A stretch of DNA of 64,000 bases from Candidatus Omnitrophota bacterium (lineage in GTDB: Bacteria > Ratteibacteria > UBA8468 > B48-G9 > DTJG01). The notes under the pieces were generated by a model. That model was not told the DNA's origin. It was given only the letters and a program-made list of their open reading frames with translations, and ran no database searches. The stretch covers positions 1,657-65,656 of the forward strand of contig JAMWBU010000005.1 of assembly GCA_023819255.1 (NCBI GenBank), in the 5' to 3' direction. Shown here one piece after another: positions 58,126 to 64,000 of this stretch. The translations under genes were made by a program, and so were the position numbers. How positions within the stretch are numbered: position 1 is the stretch's first letter; each line of letters begins with the position of its first letter.

Positions 58126-59692
58126 GACGTACTTGGCAAAATTTGGGAATGCCTTTATACTTACAATTTTTCTTGCAGGTTGTTCCGCCAACCATCAGGA
58201 AAGGGCGCAGAAACACCTGTTGATTTCATTGCGGGAATACGAGAAAAGCATCTATGAAAATCCCGAAGACGAATCCTTGCAGAAAAAATATTATGCGCTT
58301 GCTTTAATTGGACTTGGCGAAACACAGGCAAAAACAGAGCTTTTTCTCATTTACAGGGCAATAAATAAAGAAAAAGAAGCTAATTTTTTACTGAGCCAGC
58401 TTATTTCAAAAAATGCTGATGAAGAATGTTCAAAATATCTTGAGAAAAAGCTTGATGTTGTTTATAACCTCCAGCAGCGCATCTATATTTACCAGGCCCT
58501 GACATACCTGAATCCTCAAAATCCCTCTTTTTTTGATAAACTTGGACGGTTGTATCTCGGCATAGAAAAAACACCTGATGGAATCGAAGCGCTTTCAAAA
58601 TCGATTGAGCTCGGCAACAGAAACCCTGATTCGGTTAATTATCTTGTAAGGGCTTATGAAAAAGAAAAAAGGTATCAGGACGCTGTTTTTCTGCTTCAAA
58701 GGATTCTTTCTGAAAAAGAAGATTTGAAATTCAGAAATCTTCTTGCCAATGTATACAAAAAGCAGGGAAAAAAGGACCTGTATCTGGCTGAAATTGAAAA
58801 ATTAAATAAAAAAACGCCTCTTATAGCATTCAAAAAACCTGAGATTCAAAAGATTGAGAAAAAACCATCAGAACCAGAAAAAATATTATTAAGCCAGAGG
58901 ATAGATGTGGAACCATACAAATTCCTCGTTGTGGATAAATCATCGCAAAATCTCAGTGTCTATCAGTTTGATGGGATAGAGATAAAAAAAATCCTGCAGC
59001 TCCCCTGCACAACAGGGAAAAACATGGAAGACAAAAAAAGGCAAGGAGACCTCGCAACGCCCGAAGGGACTTTTCTTATAAAGTTTTCTATTCCCGGGGA
59101 AAAGCTCGACCCAAAGTATGGTGCAGGTGCATATGTTCTTGATTTCCCGGATTATCTTTCAAGGAGAATGGACAAGGACGGAAGCGGTATCTGGCTTCAC
59201 GGCACGCCAATTGAAAGGCCTCCATATAACAGCGAAGGTTGCGTGGTTGTAAGTGACAAGGACTTTCTTGCTCTGCAGCAGTATATAGAACCAGGCAGAA
59301 CCTACATACATATTGTAAAACAAATAGAAGACACCAATCTTTCTGACTTACTCCTTGTCTGGAAAACAGTACAGGGGTGGAAACAATCATGGGAAAGAAT
59401 CGACATTGAAGGATATCTTTCTTTTTATGACGAAAATTTCAGAAGCGATGGAAAAGATAAAAAAACATGGGCTGAGTACAAAAAAAGGGTGAATAGAAAC
59501 AAGCAATTTGTGAAAGTTGAATTAGAAAGACCTGTTATTGTCCCTTATGGCAACACAGGGTTTGGATATGTTTTTCTTCTGGATGCAATACAGAGATATG
59601 AATCAAACAATCTTAGAAGCATAACCCGAAAAAATATCTATCTGGCAAAAAATAATGGCGGTTATAAAATCATAGGCGAACTTGTGAAATAA
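58106..59692 (+). CDS. L,D-transpeptidase (YkuD) domain lipoprotein with TPR-like N-terminal region
   Basis: 528 aa. Lipobox-like LAGCS. C-terminal catalytic HGT...SEGCVVV motif of YkuD. Confidence 0.55.
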   Translation: MLYPSNKTYLAKFGNAFILTIFLAGCSANHQERAQKHLLISLREYEKSIYENPEDESLQKKYYALALIGLGETQAKTELFLIYRAINKEKEANFLLSQLISKNADEECSKYLEKKLDVVYNLQQRIYIYQALTYLNPQNPSFFDKLGRLYLGIEKTPDGIEALSKSIELGNRNPDSVNYLVRAYEKEKRYQDAVFLLQRILSEKEDLKFRNLLANVYKKQGKKDLYLAEIEKLNKKTPLIAFKKPEIQKIEKKPSEPEKILLSQRIDVEPYKFLVVDKSSQNLSVYQFDGIEIKKILQLPCTTGKNMEDKKRQGDLATPEGTFLIKFSIPGEKLDPKYGAGAYVLDFPDYLSRRMDKDGSGIWLHGTPIERPPYNSEGCVVVSDKDFLALQQYIEPGRTYIHIVKQIEDTNLSDLLLVWKTVQGWKQSWERIDIEGYLSFYDENFRSDGKDKKTWAEYKKRVNRNKQFVKVELERPVIVPYGNTGFGYVFLLDAIQRYESNNLRSITRKNIYLAKNNGGYKIIGELVK

Positions 59693-60985
59693 TCACTTTT
59701 TCAGAAAAACCTCAATCACAGGCACACAAACATCTGGTTTCTGCACAGGAAGCAACAGGGTTGTCATAGAAATTTCCTCATCCTGATTTCTGTTTCTCAA
59801 ATATGGATATCTTATCTTTTGAACAGGAATTTCTGACGCATCGTTAAGAAGCTGAGCGTATTCAATCCTTTCTCCAAAATCAACCTGCAAAAACCTGTAC
59901 GGCCATGAAAAGATGTGGATGTAAAGACGATTTGTTTCTGGATTATATGTCAGTCTGCAATCTTTTGGCGGTTTGAATTCATCAGGCGCCTGAGTGCAAC
60001 CGTAAATAGATCTGCTGTGCCTCTTCATCCACTCACCTATGCCAGTAAGTCGCTCTGTTGCTCTACTGTCAAACTCTCCTCTTGCGGTTGGACCAACATT
60101 CAAAAGCAAGTTTCCATTTTTGCTCACAATATCGATAAGCATTTTCACAAGGACATCTACACTCTTCCATGAAGCCTCGTCCCTGTGGTATCCCCAGGAG
60201 CCTGAAAATGTGTGGCATGCTTCCCACACAACAGGTTTTCCATCAACAGCGATGGCTTCTGGCACATCAATCTGTTCAGGAGTAAGAAAATCCGCCTCTT
60301 CAGGAAGGTCAAGCCTGTTGTTTATAAGAATATGCGGCTGAACAGATCTTATCATCTTGACAAGATTTTCGCTATCCCAGTCTTGTCTGCCCTTGCCAAT
60401 CCATCCAGCAGGCGTGTTCGGACCAGACGGATAACTGAAATCGCACCAGAGAATGTCAATCTTACCATAATTTGTGAGAAGCTCTTTTATCTGATTATGA
60501 AGGTACTGTCTGTATTTACTCATATCCCGGTATTTATTGAGATTATCACGGTCAGGATGATTTCTCAATGGATGAAGGCTGTCAATGGTAAAATCTGGAT
60601 GATGCCAGTCAATAAGTGAATAATAAAATCCGATCTTCAACCCATTTTCTCTGAAAGCATCTACAAACTCTCTTATTAAATCTCTTTTCGCAGGAGTATT
60701 TGTCGCCTTATAATCAGTATACTTGCTATCAAACAGGCAAAAACCATCATGATGTTTTGTGGTTATAACAGCATATTTCATACCTGTCTGCTTTGCCATT
60801 TTTGCCCATTGAGAAGCATCAAAAAGGTCAGGATTGAAATTCTCGAAATAGATATCATATTTTTCATCAGGTATTTCTTCGCGATTTTTTACCCACTCAT
60901 GCCTCGCAGGCATAGCATATATTCCCCAGTGAATAAACATGCCAAATCTATCATGGACAAACCATCTTGAATCGCCTTTAGTCAT
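59693..60985 (-). CDS. Alpha-L-fucosidase (GH29)
   Basis: 430 aa. RFGMFIHWGIYAMP...AVITTKHHDGFCLFDS is the GH29 catalytic-nucleophile region. Cytoplasmic (no signal peptide). Confidence 0.75.
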   Translation of the reverse strand: MTKGDSRWFVHDRFGMFIHWGIYAMPARHEWVKNREEIPDEKYDIYFENFNPDLFDASQWAKMAKQTGMKYAVITTKHHDGFCLFDSKYTDYKATNTPAKRDLIREFVDAFRENGLKIGFYYSLIDWHHPDFTIDSLHPLRNHPDRDNLNKYRDMSKYRQYLHNQIKELLTNYGKIDILWCDFSYPSGPNTPAGWIGKGRQDWDSENLVKMIRSVQPHILINNRLDLPEEADFLTPEQIDVPEAIAVDGKPVVWEACHTFSGSWGYHRDEASWKSVDVLVKMLIDIVSKNGNLLLNVGPTARGEFDSRATERLTGIGEWMKRHSRSIYGCTQAPDEFKPPKDCRLTYNPETNRLYIHIFSWPYRFLQVDFGERIEYAQLLNDASEIPVQKIRYPYLRNRNQDEEISMTTLLLPVQKPDVCVPVIEVFLKK

Positions 60986-61031
60986 TTTTTCCTCCTTTTA
61001 TAATTTAATTCTATCATGGATGTATAAACTG

Positions 61032-62693
61032 TCAATCTTCACCGGCAACAGGAAGAATGATATGACTTGGCCAGCTGGAATCATGGAAGATTGACTGATG
61101 CGCAATCTGAAATTTTGTATCTGTTGCAGGGTCTCTACCTGTATTAAGGTTTCTGTCCCACAAAGGAAAATTGCTGCTTGTTATGTAAACACAAATTTTA
61201 TGGCCCTTTTTGAACAGGTTGGATACAGGCATCATCTCAATATGAAACTCATAAATTTTTCCTGGTTTGATAAAAACCGGCTCACCCTGGATGTCATTCC
61301 TAAATCTTGCCCTTATTATGCCCTCCGATATGTTTATTGATCTTCCATCAGGATAAACATCTGCAAGTTTTATAACAAAGTCAGTGTCTATCGCTGAAGA
61401 AGATGCAAAAAGTATAAATGAAATTGGACCTGTAATTTCAATATCATTTTTCAAAACACTGGATTTGTATACAAGCACATCTTTTCTTTTCTCAAGTATT
61501 CTCTGATCATATGGACCGGGCTTTGCAATTTCATAAAGCCCGGGGTTGTAGGGACCTATGGAATGGTTTCCTCCAATTGTAGGCAGCGGGTTTTCAGGGT
61601 CATAATCGTAATAATCAGGATTCTCATCCTGAGGATGTTTTCTGTTAAGAAACCCGCCTTTATGGATATACCACTTCTGGTATTTAATCCTGGCAGGTGG
61701 CCACTGGTATTCATCCTGCCATATATTTTTACCCATCATAAAAATTCTTATTGGCGCTTTTTGAAATTCACAGGGTTTTTTTTCGTGTAAAAGAAAGTCG
61801 AGCCACCTGACGGTCGCATCGTTTTCTTCTAACGATTCAGGCCCGAAATCCACCTCGCCAAGAACTGTTGATGGATTTATGCCATGAGTCCATGGACCGA
61901 TAATTATTCTGTGGCTTTCAGCAATTTCTTTTGTTTTGCCGTGTTTCTTAATCTGTTGAAAAATATCAAGCATTTGAGAAGGGTAATAATCATACCAGCC
62001 GCCAATCAATAAAACTGGCATCTGAAACTTTTCATAGTGAGATAAAAGGTTGAACCTTTTCCAGAAATGCCCGTACACATTATTTGAGACAAAATCCCTG
62101 TACGATTTTACAATTCCTGATCCACTCTTTGCGTCAAGCTCTATGATTGGCAGGGATTTGACCAGCTCTGCAACATCAAATATAGGCATTGTTTGAGCTT
62201 CTGAAGTTCTGCTATTTGTTTCAAAGCAGAGCCAGCTCCAGGTTAGACCAAGTGAAAAAGCGCCGTTACAGAAGTATCCCTGCTTCCAGCAATCGCCTGT
62301 CATAAACTGAGGAACGATCGTAGTTAAGTGTTTACTACCTGATATTGCCGCAAAAAATTGGGTTGCTGCAAGATATGAAGCACCATACATTCCAATTTTC
62401 CCGTTACACCAGGGCTGTTTTGTAATCCATTGCAGTGTGTCATACCCGTCTTTTTCCTCATTGATAAAAGGATAAAAAGAACCGTCAGAAGCATATCTTC
62501 CCCTGCAGTCCTGCGAAACAAAAGCAATGCCTCTGTTAAGAAAATCGACAGGATTGACGAAATTGCGATTATAGGCAGTCCTTACAAGAACAACCGGCCA
62601 AGAACCTTTTTCATCAGGAAGAAAGACATTTGTCGCAAGATCAATTCCGTCTCGCATCTTTACTCTGATGTTCCTTTCTACTTTTATTCCCAT
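61032..62693 (-). CDS. CocE/NonD family hydrolase (X-Pro dipeptidyl-peptidase S15-like alpha/beta hydrolase)
   Basis: 553 aa. N-terminal VKMRDGIDLATNVFLPDEKGSWPVVLVRTAY and GASYLA nucleophile elbow. C-terminal beta-sandwich. Confidence 0.65.
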   Translation of the reverse strand: MGIKVERNIRVKMRDGIDLATNVFLPDEKGSWPVVLVRTAYNRNFVNPVDFLNRGIAFVSQDCRGRYASDGSFYPFINEEKDGYDTLQWITKQPWCNGKIGMYGASYLAATQFFAAISGSKHLTTIVPQFMTGDCWKQGYFCNGAFSLGLTWSWLCFETNSRTSEAQTMPIFDVAELVKSLPIIELDAKSGSGIVKSYRDFVSNNVYGHFWKRFNLLSHYEKFQMPVLLIGGWYDYYPSQMLDIFQQIKKHGKTKEIAESHRIIIGPWTHGINPSTVLGEVDFGPESLEENDATVRWLDFLLHEKKPCEFQKAPIRIFMMGKNIWQDEYQWPPARIKYQKWYIHKGGFLNRKHPQDENPDYYDYDPENPLPTIGGNHSIGPYNPGLYEIAKPGPYDQRILEKRKDVLVYKSSVLKNDIEITGPISFILFASSSAIDTDFVIKLADVYPDGRSINISEGIIRARFRNDIQGEPVFIKPGKIYEFHIEMMPVSNLFKKGHKICVYITSSNFPLWDRNLNTGRDPATDTKFQIAHQSIFHDSSWPSHIILPVAGED

Positions 62694-62710
62694 ATAGAAA
62701 CACCGTTTAT

Positions 62711-63610
62711 TTGATATATAATATCACAATGCCATCGGTGAAAAAATACATTCAAAAAATTTTTGATGGGACAGGGTTTCCAGTAAAAATCGCTCATGCG
62801 CGCGGATATGGTGAAACTTTTCCTTCGCACAGATTACACTATCATACCGCAGATCTTGAAATGCAGTTCATTAAAAAAGGGGAAGGATTTTATTTTATTA
62901 AGAATAGAAGATATGCTGTTAAACCATCATCTGCCCTTGTTATCCATAGCAATGAAGTCCATCATTTTTTTTCAGGCGGTGCAAAAAACTTTATTGACAA
63001 AACTTCTGTTATGCTGTACCCGGGTATCTTCAAAAAAACATTTATTGAAAAACACATTTCGTCCTTGATCTATTGCAACAAAAACTTTCCACATCAGATT
63101 TTTTTCAGCGATAAAGAGTTTTCAATTATTGAATTCTTGCTTGATGCCGCAGATAGCGAAATAAAACAGCAAAATAAATTCTGGAAGGAGTCAACAACAA
63201 ACTTCATTGAACAGATTTGCCTTTTGCTTCTGCGCAGGATAGAAGAAGGTCAAGCAATCAACCGGCAAGCAAATACAAACAAAATAGTGCAGTCAGCAAT
63301 TTCTTATATCGAACAAAACTTTGCCCGAGAAATCACCCTTAAGAGTTTAAGTAAGGAACTTAATGTTTCCCGGTTTCATTTAAGCCATCTTTTCACTCAA
63401 TATGCCGGGGTGTCATTTAAAACATATTTGATACGGAGAAGGGTTGAAGAAGCCAAAAAGCTTTTGAAAGAAACCGATTTGAAAGTTTCAGGGATATCTG
63501 GAAGATCTGGTTTTTCTGACATAAGCTCTTTTGTAAAATCGTTCAAAAGAATCACAGGCGCAAGCCCTGCCTCATACCGCAAAATTTTCCAGCAGCTCAG
63601 CAAAAAATAA
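62711..63610 (+). CDS. AraC family transcriptional regulator (cupin sensor + AraC HTH)
   Basis: 299 aa. C-terminal dual HTH (KSLSKELNVSRFHLSHLF...FSDISSFVKSFKRITGASPASYR). Confidence 0.8.
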   Translation: MIYNITMPSVKKYIQKIFDGTGFPVKIAHARGYGETFPSHRLHYHTADLEMQFIKKGEGFYFIKNRRYAVKPSSALVIHSNEVHHFFSGGAKNFIDKTSVMLYPGIFKKTFIEKHISSLIYCNKNFPHQIFFSDKEFSIIEFLLDAADSEIKQQNKFWKESTTNFIEQICLLLLRRIEEGQAINRQANTNKIVQSAISYIEQNFAREITLKSLSKELNVSRFHLSHLFTQYAGVSFKTYLIRRRVEEAKKLLKETDLKVSGISGRSGFSDISSFVKSFKRITGASPASYRKIFQQLSKK

Positions 63611-63663
63611 CTTGAACAACTCCTGCATCTGGAATAAGATAATTGAAATCACAAGGAGTGTTT

Positions 63664-64000
63664 ATGAGCAAACTGGCGCTTTTCGGCGGAGAACCAGCAG
63701 TCAAAAATAAGTCTGACGACATTTTCAAAAGGAACATTACAAAAGAAATGGAAGACGCTGTACTTAAGGTTTTGCATGAATGGAAAATGTCTTCTATTGA
63801 TATTACGAAGGAATTTGAAACGGCTTTCGCTGACTGGCACAACATGAAGTACGGATTGGGGTGCAACACAGGCACCAGCGCGCTTCATTGCGCAATGTTC
63901 GCAGCAGGTATCGGCGAAGGGGACGAAATAATATGTCAGAGCACCACATACTGGGCAAGCTGTCTGCCTGCTTTCTCGCTTGGCGCAACTGTGGTTTTTG
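63664..64000 (+). CDS. DegT/DnrJ/EryC1/StrS family PLP-dependent aminotransferase (5' part; continues beyond window)
   Basis: ATG at 63664 with AGGAG RBS. MSKLALFGGEPAV...FETAFADWHNMKYGLGCNTGTSALHCAMFAAGIGEGDEIICQ is the canonical DegT N-terminus. No stop before the window end. Confidence 0.65.
   Translation, partial: MSKLALFGGEPAVKNKSDDIFKRNITKEMEDAVLKVLHEWKMSSIDITKEFETAFADWHNMKYGLGCNTGTSALHCAMFAAGIGEGDEIICQSTTYWASCLPAFSLGATVVF

Overview
This 64 kb window is dense chromosomal DNA from a low-GC (roughly 40% by eye) bacterium, probably an anaerobic glycan degrader of PVC-like affinity. That guess rests on two DUF1559 'H-X9-DG' prepilin-like genes, a sulfatase-like gene, GH29/GH20/GH42-like hydrolases and a CocE/NonD hydrolase.

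Housekeeping genes are present: mfd, ileS, carA, a carB split into two halves, purF, glnA, a pyrC-like gene, a ZnuABC-type metal ABC transporter, and pgeF.

The most interesting region is a small foreign island at 33.2-36.8 kb:
- A complete PvuII-like type II restriction-modification cassette (controller C protein, beta-class DNA methyltransferase, PvuII-like endonuclease) is bracketed by a 94-bp perfect inverted repeat.
- Immediately beside it is a large serine recombinase gene, itself bracketed by a second 41-bp perfect inverted repeat.
- One copy of the 41-bp repeat overlaps the 3' end of a tRNA-Ser(GGA). A 37-nt inverted copy of recombinase codons 27-39 lies next to the left 94-bp repeat.
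- I read this as an invertible or recently rearranged mobile R-M module inserted at tRNA-Ser.

Other notable systems:
- An ~7 kb minus-strand operon links Rrf2, COG1900/DUF39 plus a NIL-domain ferredoxin (sulfide-dependent homocysteine synthesis), NifS, NadA, IscU, Nfu, a Cys-rich LarE-like PP-loop sulfur transferase, and a Cu/Zn efflux permease.
- A carbohydrate operon runs NagB-like, amidohydrolase, LarA homolog (predicted Ni-pincer 2-hydroxyacid epimerase), UroD-like, GNAT.
- A YjiL/YjiM-like module has a solo HgdB-like 2-hydroxyacyl-CoA dehydratase subunit, its ATP-dependent activase, a small ferredoxin and a NapH-like membrane polyferredoxin.

No rRNA genes or CRISPR arrays were seen. One tRNA was found.
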